Shown here: positions 47,017 through 56,786 of the stretch, piece by piece | Numbering within the stretch: position 1 is the stretch's first letter | Layout of the letters: each line of letters opens with the position of its first letter | Assembly: GCA_044440125.1 (NCBI GenBank) | Contig: JBITAJ010000022.1 | Location: 288,001 to 352,000, forward strand | Source: Sedimentisphaeraceae bacterium JB056 | GTDB taxonomy: Bacteria > Planctomycetota > Phycisphaerae > Sedimentisphaerales > Sedimentisphaeraceae | Length of the DNA: 64,000 nt | Reading direction: 5' to 3' | The notes under the pieces: generated by a model | Told to the model about the DNA's origin: nothing | The model's input: only the letters and a program-made list of their open reading frames with translations | Database searches by the model: none | Made by a program: the position numbers and the translations under genes

Positions 47017-50000
47017 CTAAGGTATGTTCTTTATCGAAATCTCTTTTATAGAAAACACACCAGTATCAATCATTCCGATAGCCGGTTCAAGCTTAACAGC
47101 AGTTATCTTGCCTTTCCACATAGGTTCAAGACCTATATGATACTCATATTGTCTGTAATTCTCATCATTTGATACAATCGGAATATAGACACTATTCTGC
47201 TTGTTGAAAGCAGTGCCTGAATAATTCCATGACAATCTCGCAAGCCCGCAGGCAGTTTCATTTTTCATAGTAAAGGTTACTACATTATCTTCCCCGGCTA
47301 ATACATTAACCCCACTAACTATAATATTGATTTTACCATCATCATTGAAAATTTGGAAACCCTTTTTATCAACTCCGCTGATTGAGTTGTCATTTAGGTA
47401 ATGGGTTATATTTAATTGTTGTGTAAATAATGTATCCAGTAGTCTATGCTCCAACGGCTTACTCGCAGGTTCTTTTCTCTGCATTTGATGAATTTCAAGT
47501 TTCAAAGTCTCTATTGCCGCAGCAAACTCATCAGATGGAATCTCAATACAATAATTACCGGCTGTCAGTGGAGAAAAGAAAACACCAATATCTTGACTAT
47601 ACACTGTCATTCCGGTGCCTACGCTATAGAATGTGTCATCAGGTAGAATCCGGTTTATTTTGATATTACTGGCATTAACAGTATCTATACCGATGAGATT
47701 AATACCACAAAAAGGCTTATTTGAGTTAAAATAAAACATATTACTTCTGGAGTCATTTGTTTTTTTCAATATACCGCTTTGAACAGGCAAAGTCTTATAA
47801 CTCAATATTCTATAGGCCAAATTACCATCAGAAGACTCATACCAGCCTATTGAACCTTCTGGATCAATCATCTCAACAACTAAACTTGTACCTTGGAAAT
47901 TTAAAATCGGAATATCAACCCACTGCTTATCAGCAGGCAGATATACCTCTTTTACAACTTTAGCATCAGTATCATCTTCAGAATAAACTTTCAATAAAGC
48001 GAAAGCTGTATCATTTATATCCGTCCACAGAGGTATTGATACAAAATCAGCCTTACTGCCTTGCGGAATCTCTACCTGACAAGCAAGTGTTGGGGTAGGA
48101 ATTTTATAATTTTCGTGTAAGGGGAGTTCAGTCACAACATTTTTCTGCCAACCTCTTGCTGGAACAAAAGCAAGTTCCACTGCCTCAACATAATCAATGC
48201 CGTCAGAATTTGAATTTATCACGATATCATTATGAATATCCTTGAAGCGGTTTCTTTTTGATTCAGTTGGCAAATCATTATAAATGTAGCTCCATTTCCA
48301 TTTGCCACTATCAGATTTGGTAATAGTCTGGGGCTTTCCGCCTGCAAAGGTAATTTTAAAACTGCCTTGGCCTTTATCGTAATATTTTACTCCAAGCACC
48401 GATGAATACATGCCGCTGTATTGATAGCGATCGTCAATATCAATAACAATATCATCTTTACCCGCGACAGCACATTTAACACCATTGACATCCGTATAGT
48501 TCGAACCCTCAGAAGGCAGTTGTCTTAAACCAAGCCAGAGATTATGGTATTCCACTGGGATAGGACTGTGATCATTTATCATTGAGTAATCACCGAACCT
48601 GTTATAAAAAAGCGTAAATAACTGCCCTCCCATTTGTGAAGATGCATAATTGAGATATTTAGCAACATTCTTTGTGTAGATGTCAGAATCATACAGGAAA
48701 AGATTGTCAACTCCTGAAACCAGGGCCCTGTTGATTATTGATAGCGGGTGCCCCATAACAAGATTCTGATCCCTATAGATCTGCCCGCCAGTTTCAAATG
48801 TAAGCCTTATATCCGGATTATCACGATAATTCTCAAATAAATAAGAAGTGTTGGTATTGTCATTCCAGCTATCGTACCTCTCACTTAAACCGTTTTGCTT
48901 AAGGCCTATGCCACGACTGACAGCCTGCTGAGCAACCCTTCGGTATATCCAGTCAACGTCATTAACATTATGTAAACCGTAAGCAAGGCATATACGCAAG
49001 TCTTTGTCAGGGAAACAGTCTCCATACAAATCCATTGTCCATATTATGTGCTTTAGGTATTTTTGCTGAGTAAATCCAAAAGCAAGCCATTGCCGATCAA
49101 GCACCCCTTTATTATCCTCATCAAGCATCACTTCTTCCCACCGGCCAAAACCTCCAACAGAGATAACCCCAACATCAGGATTTGAATTATATCGCCGAGC
49201 AATTTCTTTCACCAGCTTTTGCCACTTAAGCTTGAAATTATCATCGAAGTAATTCGGAAAGCCCACAACTCTGTCACTCCAGGCCATAAAAACAAGATCA
49301 TCTATGCAAATCTCACCCTCTCCTTCGAGAGTCAATTCAAACATATAATCATTATGATCAAATAATGATGCTCCGTAAAGCGGAACTTTCAGGGTATCCC
49401 CAGCTTTAACAGAAAGTGATTTTTTATAAATTTCAGCATCAATATTATTTATACCTGTACGGTAGAACCGCACAATAATATTGCTGTCTTCGATCGCTTT
49501 CACATTCACCCTCAGGGCATAAGCCTTACCTTTTTCCAGATTCCACTTCGAAGGATCATTTCTGATAACAGGTAAGAGCTCATCTGTCGTATTTTTTGCA
49601 TACACGCAATTTGAACCGTCTAAACTCTTTTCAGGGTCATTGGTAATAACGGCATTAGTCAAATCAACAAAGCGAATATTATCTTCAAAGTCCTCAATTG
49701 TCCACTCAGGCCTTGTTACAATCTTGGTGATATTAACATTATCAACTATAATACCATTATCACTGCCTACAGATATCTTGTAATCGGAAAAGTCCTTGAG
49801 CTGCAGAAAAGCAACCTTGCTGCCCGAAGGCTTAGCATTTGTATCAAAAACGACAGTCCGGACGGCTTTATCCCCGCCCTGAAACGTCTTGGCACTTACC
49901 CGGCAAATACCCGGATGCAGAGCTTTATAGTCAAACTGCACGCAATATTCCGCAAGACCGGCAAGATTAATTGCAGGATCAAGCAGTAAACTGCCGCCCG

Positions 50001-50472
50001 AAGGAATTATCAAAGACTTTTCGCCGCTCAAGACCAATTTCGGATCATGAGTTATTTTCGAATCTGATGAATACAGATATCTATCGCTGTCATTTTCAAA
50101 ATCGCACCAATATCCGCGAGCAATCAATCTGACATTATATTTTTCGTAAAACCAGCGGGGAGTATTAAACGGTTGATTGTGAACGGTAGATACCCTGATG
50201 TCGACTTTCTTATTTCTCTTTGACCATTCGTCTACAGCTTTGTCTATAGCAGAGAAATCATAGCAGCCCTCTTGAGGCTCCACTTCATTCCAGAAGTATA
50301 TGACTTCTGTCCCGACAACTCCGGGGCTGTCAATACCGTTGACACTGTCTACGAAATTAATAACACCGGTGTCGTACCCATAAACGGTTAACGACAAAAA
50401 ACTGCAAAGAAAAGGCAAACAAGCCAAGACTTTTCTGATATAAAAAAAATATAATACCCTTTGTGTTCTCAC
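47017..50472 (-). CDS. Large secreted putative glycoside hydrolase (GH42/DUF4832-like barrel) with accessory beta-sandwich domains
   Basis: WNEVEPQEGCYDFSAID, TPRW, PNYFD...LVKEIARRY, GGFGRWEE, FETGG; signal peptide. Confidence 0.55.
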   Translation of the reverse strand: MRTQRVLYFFYIRKVLACLPFLCSFLSLTVYGYDTGVINFVDSVNGIDSPGVVGTEVIYFWNEVEPQEGCYDFSAIDKAVDEWSKRNKKVDIRVSTVHNQPFNTPRWFYEKYNVRLIARGYWCDFENDSDRYLYSSDSKITHDPKLVLSGEKSLIIPSGGSLLLDPAINLAGLAEYCVQFDYKALHPGICRVSAKTFQGGDKAVRTVVFDTNAKPSGSKVAFLQLKDFSDYKISVGSDNGIIVDNVNITKIVTRPEWTIEDFEDNIRFVDLTNAVITNDPEKSLDGSNCVYAKNTTDELLPVIRNDPSKWNLEKGKAYALRVNVKAIEDSNIIVRFYRTGINNIDAEIYKKSLSVKAGDTLKVPLYGASLFDHNDYMFELTLEGEGEICIDDLVFMAWSDRVVGFPNYFDDNFKLKWQKLVKEIARRYNSNPDVGVISVGGFGRWEEVMLDEDNKGVLDRQWLAFGFTQQKYLKHIIWTMDLYGDCFPDKDLRICLAYGLHNVNDVDWIYRRVAQQAVSRGIGLKQNGLSERYDSWNDNTNTSYLFENYRDNPDIRLTFETGGQIYRDQNLVMGHPLSIINRALVSGVDNLFLYDSDIYTKNVAKYLNYASSQMGGQLFTLFYNRFGDYSMINDHSPIPVEYHNLWLGLRQLPSEGSNYTDVNGVKCAVAGKDDIVIDIDDRYQYSGMYSSVLGVKYYDKGQGSFKITFAGGKPQTITKSDSGKWKWSYIYNDLPTESKRNRFKDIHNDIVINSNSDGIDYVEAVELAFVPARGWQKNVVTELPLHENYKIPTPTLACQVEIPQGSKADFVSIPLWTDINDTAFALLKVYSEDDTDAKVVKEVYLPADKQWVDIPILNFQGTSLVVEMIDPEGSIGWYESSDGNLAYRILSYKTLPVQSGILKKTNDSRSNMFYFNSNKPFCGINLIGIDTVNASNIKINRILPDDTFYSVGTGMTVYSQDIGVFFSPLTAGNYCIEIPSDEFAAAIETLKLEIHQMQRKEPASKPLEHRLLDTLFTQQLNITHYLNDNSISGVDKKGFQIFNDDGKINIIVSGVNVLAGEDNVVTFTMKNETACGLARLSWNYSGTAFNKQNSVYIPIVSNDENYRQYEYHIGLEPMWKGKITAVKLEPAIGMIDTGVFSIKEISIKNIP

Positions 50473-50480
50473 AATATCTT

Positions 50481-52592
50481 CTACAAAAGTTTACGGTATA
50501 GCTCTATAGCCGAATCAATATACTTTATTTGCTCTTGCCGGTGAATTTCTTTCTCATAATTCGCTTTTGTCGCAATATCATCCTTGTGACGCTGCAATAA
50601 TTTTATCCAGAAATTAACTGCATCGGGATTACAAACCTTTTTCCCATCAACATCAACATATATCGCGCTTGTATGTGCGGCATCATAATTATCAAGCACG
50701 TAATAATTATCATTAGCTGAGCAGCGTGCGACGAACCACCTGCTTTCATCTGCGTTCATCTCAATAGTCAATTCCGCAGAAGTCTCGCTTGAAGTAACCT
50801 CTTTAAGTACCTCGCCGGTATTGGAGAGAATCTGCAGTTTCCCAATAGGATGCCTTGATAGAGCCTTCGCCATGACGAGGAGCTTATCTCCCTTATCCGC
50901 ATTCATCTGCTGACCGATATCCATGCCGTTTACGGTAAGAAAGATCAGCGGACCGGATGTAGTGAACGTCCTTTTCGCCTTTATCCCATCAATCCATTTC
51001 TGGTAAGTAAAATCGCCGTCGATCTTTACATACGCCCTGCATTCTCCTGCAGGACGCGCAGGATGATCACTTCCATTAGTTAACGGCATTCTTATGCCGC
51101 AATCAAGAAAACGATAATAATTCTCCGGCATAAGCTGATCAAGCGAGTCAGTATTTCCCGTGATCACATTTACCGGCACATCAGAGCAATGCATAGGGCC
51201 AAGATTATGAGCTTCAATACTTATACCGCCTTGCCTGCGACACTCGCTGATAGCTGACTTATTCAGCGGATACTCGTAAGCATCTTTAGGGCCGCCTGAA
51301 CCTGGGCCGGCAGCAATCGGCTCAACGATATGCTTTATATTGAGAAAATTCAAATGACCATAATAATTATCGTTGCGATATTCCTCAGCCATCTGAATGT
51401 GGTATTCACTGTTGCAGTACTGAGCAACAGGTCCCATTGAATCCTGAGCCGGTTTGACGAAGCTGCCGCCCTGATCTTCAGGACGATATTGATACAAAGT
51501 AAGATTATTGGCAACTCGAAGCCCTTCTGCCCGCTGCACCATGGCAAGCAATGAAAGCTTTTCGTCTTCACTCCACCAGTTCTTAGCCCAGTGGATATGC
51601 GTATCTCCCGAGTACCAGCCTGATTCTTTCATATCTATAAAACGAGAGTTTCCAAGGCTCACATCGTAAGTCTTTCCAGGCTCTACTGTAATACGTTTCG
51701 TTTCTAAAGTATACTCGTAACCGCGTTCAATGGTCAAGGTGACTTCACCAGATGGGACTTCAAGCTCAAAGCTGCCGTCAGTATAGAAGAAAGGGAGTCT
51801 GTAAGACTTTCCAATAGGCAGGTGACGAATCATAGGCTTTTCGCTCAATGTCGAATTGTCAAAATACCCCCTTGGATAACGAAGCATCTGATCAGAAGCA
51901 CAAGCTGATATTTTAGCCGGTAATATTTTTCCACTGTCTTTATCAAGGGCAACGCCTTTAATCTTTGCAGGCTTGTTGATTTGCACAGGCAGCTTGATAT
52001 TTCCGGTAGAATCTTTGCTGGCAACATCTATTCCTACACTTCTAAAATCAGCAGTATCTGAAGCATACATATCAATCAGTATCGCTCTTGATGAGCCGGC
52101 ATCAATTTCAATACTTTTCATCGCAGGTATCGTCATTCTATCGCAACTGACGGTAAAAGATTCTTTTTTCGGCAATTGGTTATAAAGCTGAATCAAGACC
52201 GGAATCGACATTGAATTAGTCAAATTCAAAGGTTTCGTATACCCCTGGATATCCAAACCACTGGATGAAATAGCAAGCTTAACAGTCGTAATGTTCGATC
52301 TGAGTAATCTATAAATCCTGCGGCACTCACTTAGAAGTCTGACAAAATCCTTACCTTCAAACCACGGCTGTTTGTGATCGTATATCGCTATAGAACAAAC
52401 GACAATATCTCGCATAGGTTCTACCGGCGTATTATAAGCTATATCAGTAAACAGGCTGTAATAATAATCCAACTCATTCCAAAGAGCCTGCACTTGAGTA
52501 GTCTCACCAATCGCACTAGATGAAAATTGCGGGGCTATTCCAGCAGCCGCAGTCATTTTCAAAAAAGTTCTTCTATTAATTTTTATCTTCAA
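50481..52592 (-). CDS. Tat-exported CehA/McbA-family PHP-like metallohydrolase
   Basis: NRRTFLK; ERGYEY; GWYSGDTHIH; EEYR...GH; NGSD; TFTTSGP; AHTSAIY. Confidence 0.82.
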   Translation of the reverse strand: MKIKINRRTFLKMTAAAGIAPQFSSSAIGETTQVQALWNELDYYYSLFTDIAYNTPVEPMRDIVVCSIAIYDHKQPWFEGKDFVRLLSECRRIYRLLRSNITTVKLAISSSGLDIQGYTKPLNLTNSMSIPVLIQLYNQLPKKESFTVSCDRMTIPAMKSIEIDAGSSRAILIDMYASDTADFRSVGIDVASKDSTGNIKLPVQINKPAKIKGVALDKDSGKILPAKISACASDQMLRYPRGYFDNSTLSEKPMIRHLPIGKSYRLPFFYTDGSFELEVPSGEVTLTIERGYEYTLETKRITVEPGKTYDVSLGNSRFIDMKESGWYSGDTHIHWAKNWWSEDEKLSLLAMVQRAEGLRVANNLTLYQYRPEDQGGSFVKPAQDSMGPVAQYCNSEYHIQMAEEYRNDNYYGHLNFLNIKHIVEPIAAGPGSGGPKDAYEYPLNKSAISECRRQGGISIEAHNLGPMHCSDVPVNVITGNTDSLDQLMPENYYRFLDCGIRMPLTNGSDHPARPAGECRAYVKIDGDFTYQKWIDGIKAKRTFTTSGPLIFLTVNGMDIGQQMNADKGDKLLVMAKALSRHPIGKLQILSNTGEVLKEVTSSETSAELTIEMNADESRWFVARCSANDNYYVLDNYDAAHTSAIYVDVDGKKVCNPDAVNFWIKLLQRHKDDIATKANYEKEIHRQEQIKYIDSAIELYRKLL

Positions 52593-52624
52593 ACTGGCAC
52601 CTATGCTTAATTACTTTCAATATA

Positions 52625-53479
52625 TCAGCCAAGTCTTGACCAATTTTCATGGTCAGCGTTGTATTTTTCCAAAAGAAGCGGCATATCATTCTTCATCAGG
52701 TATATTTTACCGAATACTTCTGCAGATTGCCCATCCGCAAGATTTGATATGATTCCCGGTCCAGTATGCATACACGGGTGTTTGACATTATTCATCAAAA
52801 CGAATGGTCTTGTATTCCATGTATAGCCGACAATATGCTTTTTATCAGAACTTACAGCTATCATAAGATTCTCATCGGCAAGCTGATCAACCATCCACCA
52901 CATATGGGTATCTCTCTGGCCGGCATAAGTCTCTTTATTCTCTTTGAGCAATACCGTAACCCAGGGTTCACGACCTAACTGCTGTGGAGTAGGTGTTGTC
53001 CGAGAAAGCGAAGTAAGCTTTCCATCTATTGAAATGTAAAAGTTTTCCATCTTCCGGTCAGGAAAATCCGGGCTGTCTATCAGCATGAAACACGGATTAA
53101 TCTCTATGGAATCAAGCCTCTGCCCGGTATTATTCGTCACCTTGAAGGAAAGCTCGATATCTTCACCGCAAGGTTTAACTCCGGCGGAAAATTCCATGCC
53201 TTCCCGGAGTTTGCATACATAGCTCTGCAAGCCATCTTTACCTTTTTCCCACACGGGAAACGGCAAAGGCTCACTTATAGGTTCAAATCCGGGATTAAAG
53301 TGATCGAGATAATGCATTCCAATTGATGAACGCAAAACTTCGGGGAATCGTAATTCAAGATTACCATCCATCCAGTCAGTGGTTATAAACGCACTCAAAA
53401 CGTATATGGCCTGCCCGATAACCAATCCATCATCAGTTCTGTCGTGCAGTTTCTTAGCAACTGTCTTTAAATTAGTCAT
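52625..53479 (-). CDS. Hypothetical protein; stand-alone homolog of the C-terminal domain of the upstream CN hydrolase
   Basis: Shared ELR.PE, HYLDH, NPC, TPTP.Q.GREPW, WW.VDQ.A.ENL, PC.HTGPG. Confidence 0.8.
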   Translation of the reverse strand: MTNLKTVAKKLHDRTDDGLVIGQAIYVLSAFITTDWMDGNLELRFPEVLRSSIGMHYLDHFNPGFEPISEPLPFPVWEKGKDGLQSYVCKLREGMEFSAGVKPCGEDIELSFKVTNNTGQRLDSIEINPCFMLIDSPDFPDRKMENFYISIDGKLTSLSRTTPTPQQLGREPWVTVLLKENKETYAGQRDTHMWWMVDQLADENLMIAVSSDKKHIVGYTWNTRPFVLMNNVKHPCMHTGPGIISNLADGQSAEVFGKIYLMKNDMPLLLEKYNADHENWSRLG

Positions 53480-53494
53480 TTATCTATCCAGAAA

Positions 53495-55348
53495 TTACTG
53501 TTTTTTGCTGTTCCACAACTGTTTGTCATGTCTATATTTTTCAAGAAGCCTCTCAAGGTTATTACGCATGAGATATACTTTGCCGTGCCATGTGTATCTC
53601 TCACCATCGTTCAAATCCTTCCTTGCGCCTGGGCCCGTATGAAGACACGGATTGCCGCAATTAGTCATAAGATGCAAATCTTCCTGATCCCATGCATAGC
53701 CAATCATTGTCTTGCCGTTTTCGCTCACAACTGCCATCAGGTTTTCCTCTGCTGTCTGATCAACACGCCACCATGTTGTCTTTGTATCTTTAGGGCCTTC
53801 AAACTCATTTTCACCGGTTTTCGTTAGTATAACAAGCCATGGCTCACGTCCCACCTGCTCGGGTGTAGGAGTCATAGAGGAGAGATTCTGGAATTTCCCC
53901 TGATAAAAGGCATATAATCTTTCCAGATCGAATTTCCTGCCGTAATCGGGGTTGCCGTTAAAATTAAGACACGGATTGAATGTTACATAATCGAGGGTGT
54001 CCCCTGTATTATTTTGAATATAAAATTCAAGAGCAACCTCATCATAACCCGGCGTAACAACAGCACCAAAAGATATGCCTTCTTTTGTAACAGCATCATA
54101 TCGCAACTGCCCGGTTTGATCATTCTTTCGCCAGTTCGGGAACGGTTCCAGCTCACTAAGCGGTGAGAGATTGGAAAGATAATGATCAAGATAATGGAAA
54201 CCCATATTCGAATGCAGTATTTCCGGCAGCCGGAGCTCAACCGAACCCTCAAACCATGGGGCAGCCATTTCAAAAGAAAGCCTGTAAAGATCTTCACCTT
54301 CTTTGCACTTGTCAGTTCTCTTTTTCAATTCATGGTTTATAACCGGCTTCAGATCAATTTTACCTGGAGTCGTCACTGATTTCTCAATGGCATACAATGA
54401 AGCAGGCGAGGGAACATCGGCAACATCTTCTACGCCCGTATAATTCTCCCATACAGGATATCGCTTTGTTATTTCCGTGTATTTCTCTGGAGCCCGCTGC
54501 ATAAACTCACGCGAATATTTACGAGCAAGACGCAGTCTCGGCATTTCGAGTTCAGTGCATATATACTGCTCACCCGGCTCAGTTGTGATCTCTTTAATAT
54601 TGTCAGGCCACTGAGCTATCATTGTTCCAGCCCCAACGGCCTTATTTGTAGTTATCATGTGTACATAATTCTGAGCCATATATGTTCTTACAATATAATC
54701 CTCAACGCTGCCTCCGCGAGCATTTGCCCAGATCAATATTTCCGCACCTTTTAACGACAATATTCTTGCCCCTTCAGGGAACAAGCCATCATAACATGTA
54801 AACAAACCAATACGGCCAAAATCTAAATCAAAAACCGGCAGTTCATCACCGTCAACCATCATCCATTCAGGATCTTTAGGCATTGGAGGCCACAAAAATG
54901 GCGATTCTCCCAGCGCAGCATGCATCTTGAAATAACGACCTATTATCTTGCCATTTCTGTCAAAGATGAGCATACTGTTACTGTAACGACCTTGATCATC
55001 TCTAATTTCAAAGCAGCCTGCAATTACATTTATCTTATATTTTGCGGCAAGTTCAGATATATTATCTGTAGTTTCACATGGTACCTTGAACATTCCAAGC
55101 AGCAATTCAGGAAAAACAACGAGATCTGCACCGTCAGAAGCAGCTTTTTCAATATAATAAGCAACCTTTTCACCACTGTCAGGCCTGAATTTATCGCCAT
55201 GCCAATTCCAGTTGCCATTCATCTGTACCGCTGCCACTTTAACTTTGTAATGACTTAATTGTTCTTTAGTCACAGGCTCAGCCCTCAAAAAAGTTGCACA
55301 TACCACTAAAATTACAAATATTTTAATAAAACCCTTATTTTTCATCAA
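53495..55348 (-). CDS. Secreted carbon-nitrogen hydrolase (nitrilase superfamily) fused to an unknown C-terminal domain
   Basis: VAAVQ; FPE, YFKMH, TCYD catalytic E-K-C triad; signal peptide. Confidence 0.85.
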   Translation of the reverse strand: MMKNKGFIKIFVILVVCATFLRAEPVTKEQLSHYKVKVAAVQMNGNWNWHGDKFRPDSGEKVAYYIEKAASDGADLVVFPELLLGMFKVPCETTDNISELAAKYKINVIAGCFEIRDDQGRYSNSMLIFDRNGKIIGRYFKMHAALGESPFLWPPMPKDPEWMMVDGDELPVFDLDFGRIGLFTCYDGLFPEGARILSLKGAEILIWANARGGSVEDYIVRTYMAQNYVHMITTNKAVGAGTMIAQWPDNIKEITTEPGEQYICTELEMPRLRLARKYSREFMQRAPEKYTEITKRYPVWENYTGVEDVADVPSPASLYAIEKSVTTPGKIDLKPVINHELKKRTDKCKEGEDLYRLSFEMAAPWFEGSVELRLPEILHSNMGFHYLDHYLSNLSPLSELEPFPNWRKNDQTGQLRYDAVTKEGISFGAVVTPGYDEVALEFYIQNNTGDTLDYVTFNPCLNFNGNPDYGRKFDLERLYAFYQGKFQNLSSMTPTPEQVGREPWLVILTKTGENEFEGPKDTKTTWWRVDQTAEENLMAVVSENGKTMIGYAWDQEDLHLMTNCGNPCLHTGPGARKDLNDGERYTWHGKVYLMRNNLERLLEKYRHDKQLWNSKKQ

Positions 55349-55390
55349 ACAAATGCCCTTTATTCAAATAGTTTCTACTTGTTAAATATA

Positions 55391-55419
55391 ATTTTACCAC
55401 ACTTGACGGAACGTTCCAA
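55391..55419 (-). promoter_or_regulatory. Promoter with a palindromic LacI-type operator overlapping the -35
   Basis: TTGGAA-17 bp-TAAAAT with TG extension; GGAACGTTCC perfect palindrome at 55408-55417. Confidence 0.62.
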
Positions 55420-55467
55420 GAGTTTTTTCAAATAAATCTCACAAAACACAACAAGCTGATCAGGATC

Positions 55468-55489
55468 AATAAAATCTTGCTATCGCAAG
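55468..55489 (-). terminator. Possible weak terminator
   Basis: CTTGC-GATA-GCAAG followed by ATTTTATT, right after the stop at 55491. Confidence 0.35.
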
Positions 55490-55490
55490 C

Positions 55491-56786
55491 TCAATCTATA
55501 CAGTCAAAAAAACTCGCAGGATTGTCGAAAAGCCACTTTTTTGAAACATTTTTAGCCTCATCCAATGACAGATACTCACTCTCCACCAAGCCGCTCATTG
55601 CTATTGCCAGATTATATCTTGTAAGTTTTGCCGAAGCCCAGGCGAGTTCCGCCATTCCGCAAAAATCAGAACCATAACAATGTATCTTACCATGAGGAAC
55701 ACTGCTGATTACCTGCTTAAACATCTGCTGACAATAAACTGGATCGATGATGCAGGCCCAGGCAAAATTAATCGTTACATTAGGATAATTTTTTGCAAGA
55801 TAAATTATATCAGCACTGTATGGCCAGTTTGCGTGTATCAAATCAAATCGAACATCCCTGTGGAGTTCGAACAATGACCTCAGATGAATGGCATTAGCCT
55901 TCCTTATATCATTGTGACATCCCGCCATATGACCTGTATGGAACTGCACTGGAAGATCGAATTCCGCGGCAATTTCCATGAATCGGTTGAAAAGATAGTC
56001 ATCAAGAGGCTTTATTTCATCAGGATAGGACAGTATCCGTCTTGGATCAGAAATCAGCTTATTAAATACTTCTTCGGCTTGAGATTTTGACGGGTTGCCA
56101 TAATTGAGAGACCGCCAATAAGCACTTTGATCCTTGAAAGCAACTGCCCCATAATTTCTGTATCCATTGAAAATTTCATAACAGCACCCAAGATATTCAT
56201 CAAGACAGGTAACCGTACGTCCAAGCATCGAAACATTATTCAAAATATCATCATAGCTGCATATTTTATGATATTGTGGAAGAGGTATGACCATCTTAGC
56301 TCTTGGAGAAAGCTTCAAACTCCCATCAAGTATCTTTGGTGTTATATTCTCAGAGATATTAAGATGTCCCAAATCTTCAAGACGCACCACGATACCGGCA
56401 TCTTCAAGGATGCTTTCAAACAAACCCTCGTCCGTAAGATCAAGAAGTCTCGTCTGCATATCTTGCAGCGCACTAAGCGACAACTTATCAATTCCATAAA
56501 ATTTCTTAAGCGCAAGCCTGACGCATTTAGCATATCCGGTGTGGCAGCTCCTGTTCCAGCCCTTCTCAAACACCGGCCAACGCTCTTCAAGCGAAAAAGA
56601 GGCATCCTTAATAAACAATACCTCATCAACGGACAATGCACTTACGAGGTCCTGCTCGTAATAGTTGGACATAATGGCAAGCAGAGGATCACTATAAGCA
56701 GGCTCACAGATATAAGTATGATCATGAGTATCTATAAGCTTGATCGTATCAATATATTCTAAAAGCTCATAATAACTGGTTTTCAT
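55491..56786 (-). CDS. Amidohydrolase-superfamily protein, paralog of 45672-46970
   Basis: DTHDH; PVQFHTG; HANWPY; YGSD. Start refined to the ATGA overlap with the upstream stop. Confidence 0.85.
   Translation of the reverse strand: MKTSYYELLEYIDTIKLIDTHDHTYICEPAYSDPLLAIMSNYYEQDLVSALSVDEVLFIKDASFSLEERWPVFEKGWNRSCHTGYAKCVRLALKKFYGIDKLSLSALQDMQTRLLDLTDEGLFESILEDAGIVVRLEDLGHLNISENITPKILDGSLKLSPRAKMVIPLPQYHKICSYDDILNNVSMLGRTVTCLDEYLGCCYEIFNGYRNYGAVAFKDQSAYWRSLNYGNPSKSQAEEVFNKLISDPRRILSYPDEIKPLDDYLFNRFMEIAAEFDLPVQFHTGHMAGCHNDIRKANAIHLRSLFELHRDVRFDLIHANWPYSADIIYLAKNYPNVTINFAWACIIDPVYCQQMFKQVISSVPHGKIHCYGSDFCGMAELAWASAKLTRYNLAIAMSGLVESEYLSLDEAKNVSKKWLFDNPASFFDCID

Noticed and set aside
50442..50449. 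A8 run in a signal-peptide region (and A9 before the LacI start at 4540) as phase-variation tracts
   Set aside because: Such runs are expected in AT-rich DNA and the frames are intact.
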